DNA of 64,000 nt, from positions 2,048,001-2,112,000 of the forward strand of contig CAWHFW010000005.1 in assembly GCA_963828735.1 (NCBI GenBank), written 5' to 3'. The position numbers and the translations under genes were made by a program. Source of the stretch: an uncultured Gemmatimonadales bacterium. GTDB taxonomy: Bacteria > Gemmatimonadota > Gemmatimonadetes > Gemmatimonadales > GWC2-71-9. Shown here piece after piece: positions 39,764 to 50,099 of the stretch (its first letter is position 1; the number at the start of each line of letters is the position of its first letter). The notes under the pieces were generated by a model that made no database searches, was not told where the DNA came from, and saw nothing but the letters and a program-made list of their open reading frames with translations.

Positions 39764-40324
39764 ATTCACCACGGAAACACGGAAGTCACGGAAACCGAAC
39801 GGCAGCGGGGAGCTAGAGCAGTATTCGTTTTATGCCGTGGGGGAGAGCGTCGACGTTGAAGTTCATCAGAAGGCCGGAGGTGACTCTGAGGAGACGCAGG
39901 TAGGTCATCAGTTGAGCCGAATGGATCGGCAGGAGTTTGTCCACGGACTTGAGTTCGAGAACGAGACAGCCTTCGATCAGGAAATCAATGACGTAACTCT
40001 TTGCGATCTGTTTTCCCTTGTATTCGAGAGGTACGGACATCCGACTATGATACGTGATGCCTTGTAGTTCTAGTTCGTGGCACAAGCAGGCGTGATAGCT
40101 GGACTCAAGAAGGCCCGGGCCGAGATGGCGATGTACTTCAACTGCCGCGCCTATGGCCTTTGCGCTTATTCGATTGGTCGGATGCTCGATGAGTCCCACG
40201 GCCCCTCCCGAGCAACGAAACGTAAGAGGCGCGTGTCGAGGCTCACCACCAATTTCCCTTCGTAGGTGTCGAAAATGGAAATGACCACACTTCCTTCCGT
40301 GTCTTCCGTGTTTCCGTGGTGAAT
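39764..40324. mobile_element. Candidate element: GxxExxY gene bounded by family-1 inverted repeats
   Basis: Arms 39764-39793 and 40295-40324 match 29/30 (ATTCACCACGGAAACACGGAAGWCACGGAA). Confidence 0.7.
39813..40199 (-). CDS. GxxExxY protein (PD-(D/E)xK nuclease-like)
   Basis: VHRHLGPGLLESSY, IDFLIEGCLVLELK, HSAQLMTYL, GLLMNF; GGAGG RBS before GTG; visibly AT-richer than neighbours. Confidence 0.93.
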   Translation of the reverse strand: MGLIEHPTNRISAKAIGAAVEVHRHLGPGLLESSYHACLCHELELQGITYHSRMSVPLEYKGKQIAKSYVIDFLIEGCLVLELKSVDKLLPIHSAQLMTYLRLLRVTSGLLMNFNVDALPHGIKRILL

Positions 40325-40374
40325 TCAACGGGTGCTTGGTGGGACGGGTCGAACCTGGTCGAACGAGCGCACTG

Positions 40375-41175
40375 ATGACCCTGAGCCCCAAGTCCTTCGC
40401 CTACACCGTCGACCCGGCGACCGCCGTCGCGACCATCACGCTCAATCGCCCCGACCGGTTGAACGCGCTCACCTTCGAGGTCTACACCGAGCTGAGGGAC
40501 ACGTTCCGCGCCCTCGACGCCGAGCCCGGCGTCCGCGCCGTGATCATCACCGGTACCGGCCGCGCCTTCTGCAGCGGGGGGGACGTCGAGGACATCATCG
40601 GCGTCCTGTTCTCGAGGGACGCGGCGGGTCTGCTCGAGTTTACCAGACTCACCGGCGATCTCATCCTCTCCATCCGCCAATGTCGGCGGCCGGTCGTGGC
40701 GGCCCTCAACGGAACCGTGGCGGGCGCCGGCGCCGTGATCGCGGCCGCCAGCGACATCCGGATCGCGGCCGAGGGCGCCAAGATCGCTTTCCTCTTCTCG
40801 CGGGTCGGCCTGACCGGGGCCGACATGGGCGCGGCGTGGCTGCTTCCGCGAATCGTCGGCCTGGCGCATGCGAGCGAGCTGCTCCTGCTGGGCGACTTCA
40901 TCACCGCCCAGCGCGCCGCCGATATCGGCCTGTACAACCGGGTGGTGCCCGCCGAGCGGCTGATGGCGGAAGCGACCGACGTCGCGGTCCGCCTGGCGCG
41001 GGGCCCCTCGGCGGCCCATGGCGTCACCAAGCAGTCGCTGAACGAGGAAGCGGCGATGGACCTGGTGTCCGCGATCGAGCGGGAAGCGCGGGTTCAGGCG
41101 GACTGCATGCGTCACCCGAACTTCCGCGAAGCCTACGAAGCCTTTCGCGCCAAGCGCGAACCGAAGTTCGAATAG
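40375..41175 (+). CDS. Enoyl-CoA hydratase (AbmC-like)
   Basis: LNALTFEVYTEL, AFCSGGDVEDII, GADMGAAWLLPRIVG. Confidence 0.9.
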   Translation: MTLSPKSFAYTVDPATAVATITLNRPDRLNALTFEVYTELRDTFRALDAEPGVRAVIITGTGRAFCSGGDVEDIIGVLFSRDAAGLLEFTRLTGDLILSIRQCRRPVVAALNGTVAGAGAVIAAASDIRIAAEGAKIAFLFSRVGLTGADMGAAWLLPRIVGLAHASELLLLGDFITAQRAADIGLYNRVVPAERLMAEATDVAVRLARGPSAAHGVTKQSLNEEAAMDLVSAIEREARVQADCMRHPNFREAYEAFRAKREPKFE

Positions 41176-41177
41176 GC

Positions 41178-42317
41178 ATGCCCGACACGCGATTGATCCG
41201 CGCCTTCCTCGAGCCGCAGCACGGGTCGCTCGCCGCGCGGGCGGGCGACTTCGCGATGGCGGAGATCGCTACCCGTCCGGAACCGGTTGACGATGACGCA
41301 GCCAGGACCGAGGCGCGGGCTCTCCTCGGACTGCTCGGTGCGGGAGGCTGGCTCCAGCCGATCTTCGACCTCGATCTTCGCGGCTGCTGCCTGACGCGAG
41401 AGGCACTGGGAGAGGCATCACCGCTGGCCGACGCGGTGTTCGCGCTGCAAGGGCTCGGCACCACACCGATCCTGCTGGGCGGCACGCCGGCGCAGAAGGA
41501 ACGCTGGCTCGGCCCGATCGCCAGGGGAACGGTCATGACCGCCTTCGCGATGACCGAGCCGGAGGCAGGGTCGGACGTCACCGGGATTGCGACGACCGGC
41601 CGGCGCGAGGGATCGGGCTACGTGCTCAACGGGGTGAAGACGCTGATCTCGAACGCCGGCATCGCCGATCTCTATGCCGTGTTCGCCTCTACCGACGGGA
41701 GCAAGGGGGCCAAGGGTATCAGTTGCTTCCTGGTGCCGGCCGACGCGCCCGGGCTCCGATTCGTGGAGCCGCAGGTGCTGAGCGCCCCGCACCCGTTAGG
41801 CGAGATCGCGTTCGAGGACTGTCAGGTGCCGGCGGACGCGATGCTCGGCAGCGAGGGACGCGGCTACGCGCTCGGCCTTGCAACCCTCGACCGGCTGCGG
41901 CCCACGGTGGCCGCGGCTGCGTGCGGGATGGCGACTCGCGCGCTCGCCGAGTCGCTGGTCCACGTGAAGCGGCGACAGCAGTTCGGGAAACCGCTGGCCC
42001 AGTTCCAGCTGGTGCAACAGAAGCTGGCCCGGACCGCCACCGATCTCGCGGCCGCCCGGCTCCTGACCTATCGCGCCGCCTATGAGAAGGACCAGGGACA
42101 GGAGCGGATCACGAGCGAAGCAGCCATGGCGAAGTCCTTCGCCACCGAGATGGCGCAGCGGGCGGTGGACGACGCGGTGCAGCTCATCGGCGGGCGCGGG
42201 GTACTGGCCAGCCATCCGGTGGAACGGCTGTACCGCGCGGTCCGGGCGCTCCGGATCTACGAGGGGACGACGGAGATCCAGCAGCTGATCATCGCGGGGG
42301 AGCTGCTCAAGCAGTAG
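41178..42317 (+). CDS. Acyl-CoA dehydrogenase (AbmD-like)
   Basis: FAMTEPEAGSDV, ISNAGIAD, APHPL, RALRIYEGTTEIQ. Confidence 0.92.
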   Translation: MPDTRLIRAFLEPQHGSLAARAGDFAMAEIATRPEPVDDDAARTEARALLGLLGAGGWLQPIFDLDLRGCCLTREALGEASPLADAVFALQGLGTTPILLGGTPAQKERWLGPIARGTVMTAFAMTEPEAGSDVTGIATTGRREGSGYVLNGVKTLISNAGIADLYAVFASTDGSKGAKGISCFLVPADAPGLRFVEPQVLSAPHPLGEIAFEDCQVPADAMLGSEGRGYALGLATLDRLRPTVAAAACGMATRALAESLVHVKRRQQFGKPLAQFQLVQQKLARTATDLAAARLLTYRAAYEKDQGQERITSEAAMAKSFATEMAQRAVDDAVQLIGGRGVLASHPVERLYRAVRALRIYEGTTEIQQLIIAGELLKQ

Positions 42318-42336
42318 TCCGGGAGCCGATCCATGG

Positions 42337-42465
42337 ATTCACCACGGAAACACGGAAGGCACGGAAGACGGCCGCGGAAAACCGGCAGGACTGTGTGGGT
42401 GTGCTGTTCCACCCTCAATCTTTCCTCCGCACTCCCTCCGTGTCTTCCGTGTTTCCGTGGTGAAT
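42337..42465. repeat. Empty inverted-repeat pair (family 1)
   Basis: Arms 42337-42366 and 42436-42465 match 28/30; 69-bp spacer. Confidence 0.9.
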
Positions 42466-42514
42466 ACCTCGAGGACATAGATTCAGATCGCCGAGGCACT
42501 CGCGAAGCAACGCT

Positions 42515-43966
42515 ATGTGGCACCCCGACCCCTTCGTGAAGCACCCTATCCCGGCGACGCATCCGCCCACCGCGGCGGAGGCGGCCCGCTCGCTCTGGTT
42601 CAGCCCCCTCCGCTCCGGCCGGCTCCAGCTGGAGGAGCGCACCTGGGTGCCGGCCATGGTACCCTGGCGGGCCACCGATGACGGGCTGGTCACGCCGGAG
42701 GTTCTGGCGTGGTACGAGCGCTTCGCGCGCGGACAGCCGGGGGCGCTCGTGGTCGAGGCCACCGGCATCCGGGACATCCCCAGCGGACCGCTCCTACGGA
42801 TCGGACACGATCGCTTCACCAGCGGCCTGGCGGAGCTGGCACGCACCGTCCGCCAGGCGAGCGGCGGCCGGACCCGCCTGTTCATCCAGGTCATCGACTT
42901 TCTCCGGATCCGCCGCCGGCCCCAGCCGGTGCGATACTTCCGGGAATTCCTGGAAATCACGGATCGGCACCGAGCCATCCTACCTGGCTCCGACGACGCG
43001 ATCCGTGAGGCGCTGGCGCGATTGCCGGAGGCCGAGTGGCCCCGATTCCTCAGCGAGCGGGAGCTCGAAAGCCTGCAGTTCGGCGAGCGGGAGCGGGTCA
43101 CCGACACCACGCTCCCTCACATCCGCGAGCTGCCGCGGGTCCTGCCGGAACTGTTCGCTGAAGCGGCGGAGCGCGCCGAGCAGGCGGGGTTCGACGGCGT
43201 GGAGCTGCACTACGCCCACGCGTATACCGTGGCGTCGTTTCTCTCCGCGCTGAACCAGCGGGATGACGGCTACGGTGGGTCCCGTGCCGATCGGGTGAAG
43301 TTGCCGCTCGAGGTCTACCGCGCGGTTCGCGCCGCGGTGAGCGATCGGTTCGTGGTGGGATGCCGGTTCCTGGCCGAGGAATGCATTCCTGGAGGCTACA
43401 CTGCAGAGGACGCAGCGTGGTTCGGCGCCGAGTTCGCGCGCGCCGGGATGGACTACCTCTCGCTCTCTCGCGGAGGCAAGTTCGAGGATGCCAGGCAGCC
43501 GCGAATTGGCTGGGCACGATACCCGTACACCGGGCCCAGCGGTTACGAGTGCATGCCGACCGTGCGGTCCGACCAACGCGGACCGTTCGGCCGCAACCGC
43601 GCGGCCACCCGCGCCGTGCGGGACGCGGTGCGTGCGGCGGGATGCAACACGCCGGTGGTGCTGTCGGGCGGCGTTTCGACCTTCGAGCAGGCCGAAGACC
43701 TGCTTCGGGCCGGCGACGCGGACATTATCGCCTCGGCCCGGCAGAGCTTGGCGGACCCCGACTGGTTCCGGAAGCTGAGGCTCGGCCGGGGCGATGAGGT
43801 CCGACGCTGCGTGTTCACCAACTACTGCGAGGGCCTGGACCAGGTGCACAAGCCGGTGACCTGCAAGCTCTGGGACCACACCGATCTGGAGGGTGAGGAT
43901 ACGCCTTTGACGCCCGACGGTCGGCGGAGGCTGGTGGCGCCGGCGTGGGAGCCCACCACCCGGTGA
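42515..43966 (+). CDS. NADH:flavin oxidoreductase (Old Yellow Enzyme family)
   Basis: AGFDGVELHYAHAY, FLSALNQRDDGYGG, ARQSLADPDW, C-terminal CxxxNxC...C. Confidence 0.88.
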   Translation: MWHPDPFVKHPIPATHPPTAAEAARSLWFSPLRSGRLQLEERTWVPAMVPWRATDDGLVTPEVLAWYERFARGQPGALVVEATGIRDIPSGPLLRIGHDRFTSGLAELARTVRQASGGRTRLFIQVIDFLRIRRRPQPVRYFREFLEITDRHRAILPGSDDAIREALARLPEAEWPRFLSERELESLQFGERERVTDTTLPHIRELPRVLPELFAEAAERAEQAGFDGVELHYAHAYTVASFLSALNQRDDGYGGSRADRVKLPLEVYRAVRAAVSDRFVVGCRFLAEECIPGGYTAEDAAWFGAEFARAGMDYLSLSRGGKFEDARQPRIGWARYPYTGPSGYECMPTVRSDQRGPFGRNRAATRAVRDAVRAAGCNTPVVLSGGVSTFEQAEDLLRAGDADIIASARQSLADPDWFRKLRLGRGDEVRRCVFTNYCEGLDQVHKPVTCKLWDHTDLEGEDTPLTPDGRRRLVAPAWEPTTR

Positions 43967-46222
43967 GAGTAGCGGTCGTGGGCGCGGGTCCCGCGGGCCT
44001 CTATCTCGCCATCCTGCTCAAGCGTGACGACCCGGGCCACCAGGTGGCCGTGTACGAGCGGAACCGGCTCGAGGACACGTTCGGCTTCGGGGTGGTGTTC
44101 TCCGACGAGACCCTCGAGAACGTCGGCGAGGCTGATCCCGAGACCAACGCTACCATGGCTGCGGCGGCGGCGCACTGGGAGGACATCGAGATCCACTACC
44201 GTGGCACCGTCACGCGGTCCACGGGGCATCGCTTTTCGGGGGTGGAGCGGAAGACCTTGCTGGAGCTGCTGGCTCGGCGGGCACACGCGCTGGGAGTGCA
44301 GGTGCATTGGCAGCAGGAGATTCGCGAGGTCTCCGACTGCGGTCTTCCCAAGGCCGATCTGGTGGTCGCCGCGGACGGCGCGGCGAGCCTGATCCGCGAC
44401 CGGCTCTCGGACCAGTTCCAGCCCAGCCTCGACTGGCGCCGCAACCGCTTCGTCTGGCTCGGGACCACCCGCCCCTTTCCCGCGTTCACGTTCTACTTCA
44501 AGCCTTCGCCGGCCGGTCTGTGGCGGACCCATGCGTACCAGTACGCCCCTGGCCGCTCGACCTTCATCGTCGAGGCCAGGGAGGAGACCTGGCAGGCCAG
44601 CGGCCTCGCCGAGGACGACGAGCAGGGCACGGTCGCCTACCTGCAGCGGCTCTTCAAGGACGAGCTGCAGGGCCACTCCCTCCTCGCCAACCGGTCCATC
44701 TGGCGCCGCTTCCCCACGGTGCGGAATGCTCGCTGGCACGCGGGGAACGTCGTGCTCCTGGGCGACGCCGCGCATACGGCGCACTTCTCGGTGGGCTCGG
44801 GCACCAAGCTCGCGATGGAAGACGCGATCGCGCTGGCCGCGGCGCTCAAGGCCGAAAGGTCGGTTCCAGGCCGCCCTCGCCAGCTACGAGGCCGGACGGC
44901 GCCCCCAGGTGGAGAGTCTTCAACGCGCGGCCCAGGCCAGCCTCGAGTGGTTCGAGTCGGTGGAGCGCTACCACGATACCGAACCGCTGCAGTTCGCCTT
45001 CAACCTGCTCACCCGAAGCCTTCGCATCACCCACGACAACCTGAAGCTTCGCGATCCGCCGCTGGTGGCGCAGGTGGACCGCTGGTTCGCCGGGCAGGCC
45101 GCCAGGCAGAGTGGGCGACCGGTGTCGGTCGATCCCTGCCCGCCGCCGCTGTTCACGCCCTACCGGCTGCGCGAGCTGGTGCTGCCCAACCGAATCGTGG
45201 TCTCCTCGATGTGCCAGTACCGCGCCGAGGACGGGCAGCCGAACGACTGGCACCTGGTGCACCTGGGCAGCCGTGCCATCGGCGGCGCCGGCCTGGTGAT
45301 GACCGAGATGACCGACGTGAGCCGCGAGGGACGCATCTCGCCCGGCTGCGCCGGTATGTATCTCCCGGCCCATGTGGCCGGATGGCGGCGGATCGTGGAG
45401 TTCGTGCACCGGGAGAGCGAGGCCAAGATCGGTATGCAGCTCTCCCATGCCGGCCGGAAAGGCTCGACCTGTGTGCTGTGGGAGGGCGAGGACGAGCCGC
45501 TGCCGGAGGGCAATTGGCCGCTGATCGCACCGTCCCCGATTCCCTACCGGGCTCACAACCAGACGCCTCGGGAAATGACCAGGGACGACATGGACCAGGT
45601 GGCCGCGGACTTCGTCCGTGCCGCCGGCATGGCGGATGCCTCCGGCTTCGACCTGCTGGAGCTGCACCTGGCGCATGGGTACCTGCTGGCCTCGTTCATC
45701 TCGCCCCTCACCAACCGGCGAACCGACGAGTACGGCGGGTCCCTGGCCAACCGCATGCGCTATCCACTGGAGATCGTGACCCGCGTGCGCGCCGAGTGGC
45801 CTCCGGCCAAGCCGCTGTCGGTCAGGATCTCCGCCGTCGACTGGGCCCCCGGCGGCACGGAGGCGCACGACGCCGTGGAGGTGGCACGGATGGTGGTCGC
45901 GGCGGGAGCCGATATCGTGGACGTCTCCGCGGGGCAGACCGTCCCCGATGCCAAGCCGGTTTACGGCCGCCAGTTCCAGACCCCGTTCAGCGACCGGGTC
46001 CGGCACGAGGCGCGGGTGCCCACGATGACCGTGGGGAACATCTCGTCGCCGGCCGACGTCAACACCATCCTGGCTGCCGGGCGTGCCGACCTGGTGGTGC
46101 TGGCTCGGGCACATCTGTGGGACCCGTACTGGACTCGCCACGCGGCCGCGGACCTGAGCTACCCGCTCTCCTGGCCCCCGATGTACGAGACGCTCAACCG
46201 GTACAAGCCCCGAATGCGGTGA
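43963..46222 (+). pseudogene. abmA: 2-aminobenzoyl-CoA monooxygenase/reductase, +1 frameshift near 44870 (possibly sequencing error)
   Basis: [39 protein letters not shown]; next frame [44 protein letters not shown]. Confidence 0.88.
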
Positions 46223-46241
46223 ATCGACCGTAAATTCCATC

Positions 46242-47021
46242 ATGCCTTCGTACACCGAGTACCTGAAGATCAATGAGCTGCTCGCGCTCCAGCACCCTCT
46301 GTCGGAGGGGCCGGAGCACGACGAGATGCTGTTCATCGTGATTCATCAGGTCTACGAGCTCTGGTTCAAGGAGATCCTGCACGAGTTGGACCACCTCGCG
46401 GGCCTGCTGGGGCGCAACGATGGCGCGCGCGCGCGGGGCACGCTCAAGCGGATCCTTACCATCCTCAAGGTCATGGTCGCCCAGCTCGACATCCTGGAGA
46501 CGATGACACCGCTCGAGTTCCTCTCGTTCCGCGATCGACTGGAGTCCGGGAGCGGATTCCAGTCGTACCAGTTCCGCGAGCTGGAGTTTGCGCTGGGCTG
46601 GAAAGACGCGAAGGCGCTGGAACGCTATCCGGCCGGCAGCGAGACTCGCGCGCGCCTCGAGCGGCGCTTCGAGTCGGCCTCGCTGTGGGACGCCTTCCTG
46701 CACCATCTGGCGGCCAACGGCGTGCCCGTGCCTGCGACCGACCTCCGGCGCGACGTCACCCGGCGGGTCGAGTCCTCTCCCGCGCTTCGGGATGTCCTGA
46801 TCGCCGTGTATCGGGGCCAACCGGCGCTGGCCGAGCTGTGCGAACGGCTGGTGGATCTGGACGAAGGGCTCATGGAGTGGCGCTACCGACACGTCAAGAT
46901 GGTCCAGCGCACCATCGGGACTCGTCGGGGCACGGGGGGCAGCGCCGGTGCGGACTATCTGCTCGGCACCCTGAATCAGCCGTTGTTTCCGGATCTCTGG
47001 GCCATCCGCACAGAACTGTGA
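46242..47021 (+). CDS. kynA: Tryptophan 2,3-dioxygenase
   Basis: HDEMLFIVIHQVYELWFK, SGFQSYQFR, WRYRHVKMVQRTIG, GTGGS. Confidence 0.96.
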   Translation: MPSYTEYLKINELLALQHPLSEGPEHDEMLFIVIHQVYELWFKEILHELDHLAGLLGRNDGARARGTLKRILTILKVMVAQLDILETMTPLEFLSFRDRLESGSGFQSYQFRELEFALGWKDAKALERYPAGSETRARLERRFESASLWDAFLHHLAANGVPVPATDLRRDVTRRVESSPALRDVLIAVYRGQPALAELCERLVDLDEGLMEWRYRHVKMVQRTIGTRRGTGGSAGADYLLGTLNQPLFPDLWAIRTEL

Positions 47022-47035
47022 AACACGCCCAGGTC

Positions 47036-48232
47036 ATGGATCTCACGTCTCTGTACGCTTCCCCCAACGCCATCGCGAGCCACTATTCGCAGTTCCGAGT
47101 GTCGGACCGGCTCCTGCTCACCGGGCACTCGCACCAGGCCTGGCCCGACTGCGGATTCGACGGCCAGAAGGCCGCCTGGCTGGACGCCGCGCGGTACGTG
47201 GACGACAAATGGGAGCAGGCGTTCATACAAGCCGAGCGGGTTCGCGAGGGGTTCGCGCGGCTCCTGGGCGACACCGACGGCGATATCGCACTGGGGGCCA
47301 ACACCCACGAGCTGCTCGTGCGTCTACTTTCGGCGCTGCCGCTCGCAGCTCGACCACGCCTGGTGACCACTGATGGCGAGTTCCACAGCATCCGTCGGCA
47401 GCTCGACCGCCTGGAGGAGGAAGGGCTCACCGTCGTGCGGATACCGGAGGCGCCGCTCGAGTCGCTGGCCGCTCGACTCGGGCGCGCCGTGGACGACCGC
47501 ACCGCGCTGGTGCTGGTCTCGGCCGTGTTCTTCGATACCGGACGCATCGCCCGCGGGCTGGGCGAGGTAGCGTCGAGCTGCCGGCGGCAAGGCAGCCGGC
47601 TGCTGGTCGACGCTTACCACGCGCTCAACGTGGTGCCGTTCTCGCTCGGTGACGAGGGGCTCGGCGACACCTTCGTCGTGGGCGGGGGCTACAAGTACTG
47701 CCAGCTGGGAGAAGGGAACTGCTTCCTGAGAATTCCGCCGAACACCGACCTTCGGCCGGTGGTGACCGGGTGGTATAGCGAGTTCACCGTGCTGGCGGAT
47801 CGCCGGCGCGAGGAGCGGGTGGCCTACGGGAGGGGCGGCGATCGGTTCGCCGGCTCGACCTACGACCCGACGAGCCACTATCGGGCCGTGCCGGTGTTCG
47901 ACTTCTTCCGCGCGCATGGACTCACACCCGAGGTGCTGCGGACAGTGAGCCAGCATCAGATCGGGCTTCTCGCTTCGGCGTTCGACGCGCTGGATCTCGA
48001 TCCCCGACGGCTGAGCCGCGACCGCGCCTGTCCGCTCGACGAGGTCGGCGGCTTCCTCGCGCTCCGATCGCCATCAGCCGGAGCGCTGGTGAGCAGTCTT
48101 CGTACCCGCGGGGTCTGGACCGATGCCCGAGGCGAGATCCTGAGGCTGGGCCCCGCACCTTACCTGTCCGACCGCCAGCTCCGAGACGCGATCGGGCTCC
48201 TGGGAGAGGCGGCTCGCGCAACGCCCACCTGA
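47036..48232 (+). CDS. kynU: Kynureninase
   Basis: LTGHSHQAWPD, DAYH, GGGYKYCQLGEG, LRLGPAPYL; follows kynA; alternative GTG 47018. Confidence 0.85.
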   Translation: MDLTSLYASPNAIASHYSQFRVSDRLLLTGHSHQAWPDCGFDGQKAAWLDAARYVDDKWEQAFIQAERVREGFARLLGDTDGDIALGANTHELLVRLLSALPLAARPRLVTTDGEFHSIRRQLDRLEEEGLTVVRIPEAPLESLAARLGRAVDDRTALVLVSAVFFDTGRIARGLGEVASSCRRQGSRLLVDAYHALNVVPFSLGDEGLGDTFVVGGGYKYCQLGEGNCFLRIPPNTDLRPVVTGWYSEFTVLADRRREERVAYGRGGDRFAGSTYDPTSHYRAVPVFDFFRAHGLTPEVLRTVSQHQIGLLASAFDALDLDPRRLSRDRACPLDEVGGFLALRSPSAGALVSSLRTRGVWTDARGEILRLGPAPYLSDRQLRDAIGLLGEAARATPT

Positions 48233-48303
48233 GCGGACCGGACCTCAATACCTCTCAGTACCACGCGCGGGAACCTTGCACCCAGCGATTCGGTTCAGCA
48301 CTC

Positions 48304-49377
48304 ATGCGTCCCATCGAACTCGGCCTCGACACCTTTGGCGACGTCACCCTCGACGCCGCCGGCCGTCCGCTGCATCACGCCCAAGTCCTCCGCAACGTCG
48401 TCGCTGAGGCTGAGCTCGCCGACCAGCTCGGCGTCAACTTCATCGGTGTCGGCGAGCACCACCGCGCCGACTTCGCGATTAGCGCTCCGGAGGTCGTGCT
48501 AGCGGCCATCGCCACCCGGACCGAGCGGATCAAGCTCGGTACCGCCGTCACCGTCCTCAGCACCGACGACCCCGTCCGCGTCTACGAGCGCTTCGCCACC
48601 CTCGATGCGCTCTCCAACGGCCGCGCCGAGGTGATCCTCGGCCGCGGCTCGTTCACCGAGTCGTTCCCGCTGTTCGGCTATTCGCTCGAGGACTACGACG
48701 ACCTGTTCGAGGAGAAGCTCGCGCTGTTCGCGGCCATCCGGGATGCCGACCGCACCGGCCAGCCCGTCCATTGGAAGGGCACCGTGCGCCCGCCGGTCGA
48801 GGGCATGCGCGTCTATCCGCCGGTCGAGCGCCCGCCGCTCAGCACCTGGGTCGGCGTCGGCGGCAGCCCGGAGTCGGTGGTCCGCGCGGCGCGCTACGGC
48901 TTCCCGCTCACGCTCGCCATCATCGGCGGCGACCCGCGGCGCTTCGTCCCCTACGTCGAGCTCTACCACCGCGCCCTCGCCCAGCTCGGCCAGCCGGCGA
49001 CGCTGCCGGTCGGCGTCCACTCGCCGGGCCACATCGCCGACACCGACGCCGAGGCCGCCGAGGAGCTCTGGCCCCACTATCAGGTCATGCGGAACCGGAT
49101 CGGCAGCGAGCGCGGCTGGCCGCCGACCAGCCGGGCCGAGTTCGATCGCGAGATCGCCGCGGGCTCGCTGTACGTCGGCTCGCCCGAGACGGTCGCCCGG
49201 AAGATCGCCGCGACCGTGGGCGCCCTCGGCGCGTCGCGGTTCGATCTCAAGTACAGCGCGGGCACGCTGCCGCACGAGGCCATGATGCGGAGCATCGAGC
49301 TGTACGGGCGCGAGGTGATGCCGCGGGTGCGGGAGCTGGTCGCCGAGACCTCGGCCGTACTTGCCAACCACGGGTGA
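48304..49377 (+). CDS. LLM class flavin-dependent oxidoreductase
   Basis: GLDTFGD, GEHHRADF, STDDPVRVY, GRGSFTESFPLFG. Confidence 0.92.
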   Translation: MRPIELGLDTFGDVTLDAAGRPLHHAQVLRNVVAEAELADQLGVNFIGVGEHHRADFAISAPEVVLAAIATRTERIKLGTAVTVLSTDDPVRVYERFATLDALSNGRAEVILGRGSFTESFPLFGYSLEDYDDLFEEKLALFAAIRDADRTGQPVHWKGTVRPPVEGMRVYPPVERPPLSTWVGVGGSPESVVRAARYGFPLTLAIIGGDPRRFVPYVELYHRALAQLGQPATLPVGVHSPGHIADTDAEAAEELWPHYQVMRNRIGSERGWPPTSRAEFDREIAAGSLYVGSPETVARKIAATVGALGASRFDLKYSAGTLPHEAMMRSIELYGREVMPRVRELVAETSAVLANHG

Positions 49378-49485
49378 GGCCAAGGATTCGGTAGAAGGCC
49401 GCGCGCGGACTGAGGTGGTGACCGTGCGTGGGCAGAGGTGAGCGGTCTAAAGGAGGTCGATCGGCCGGAAGGGCGTGCGGTCAGC

Positions 49486-50028
49486 TCACGTCGCGTGCGC
49501 GGAAGCGTCGGTGCCGGGCGTCGTCGCAGGCGTCTTTCCGGCCTCCGGCCGGAGACGCGGCTCGGCGCCGAGCCAATAGAGCCCGTTGGCCATGATGCAG
49601 AAGCCCGTGACCGCGAACCACACCATCGCGGCGCCGACGAAGCCCGTGAACATGAGCCACCAGCGGCTGTAGACCAGGACCAGGGTCGATGCGACCGAGA
49701 TGTTGATCCCGACCGCCAGGTAGATCCGCCGCTCGAGGTACCAGCTGTCCGTCCGCATGAAGTAGAGCTTGCCCCGCTCGGGCTCGCCTTCGCCGAGCAT
49801 CGGCGTGAAGCCCAACAGCCGGAGCACGTTCCCGACGATACAGAACCCGGTCAGGGCAACCGTGATTGATGCGACGCCGGTGGCAATGACCAGCAGCACC
49901 CAGCGCGGATCCAGCGTCGCGGCGAGCGCCGTGCCCAGAAGCAGCACCACGCCAGCGATCAGCCAGACGGTCCGCTCGATATACCAGCGGTGGGTGGGGA
50001 CGATGTAAACCCCGGATCGAACAGGCAT
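49486..50028 (-). CDS. Membrane protein with two tandem DUF2892/YgaP-like repeats
   Basis: WYIERTVWLIAG...TGFCIVGN and WYLERRIYLAVG...TGFCIMAN. Confidence 0.75.
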   Translation of the reverse strand: MPVRSGVYIVPTHRWYIERTVWLIAGVVLLLGTALAATLDPRWVLLVIATGVASITVALTGFCIVGNVLRLLGFTPMLGEGEPERGKLYFMRTDSWYLERRIYLAVGINISVASTLVLVYSRWWLMFTGFVGAAMVWFAVTGFCIMANGLYWLGAEPRLRPEAGKTPATTPGTDASAHAT

Positions 50029-50099
50029 ACCAGACTACAGTAGCGATCTCAATCAACGGTCGCCAGAGTGGGCCGCCGCCCGCCTTCCCCGGATCGCAG

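Noticed and set aside
14389..42465. Family-1 repeats as CRISPR repeats or simple terminators
   Set aside because: They occur as inverted pairs with 69-501 bp between arms, not as direct arrays, and lack U-tracts
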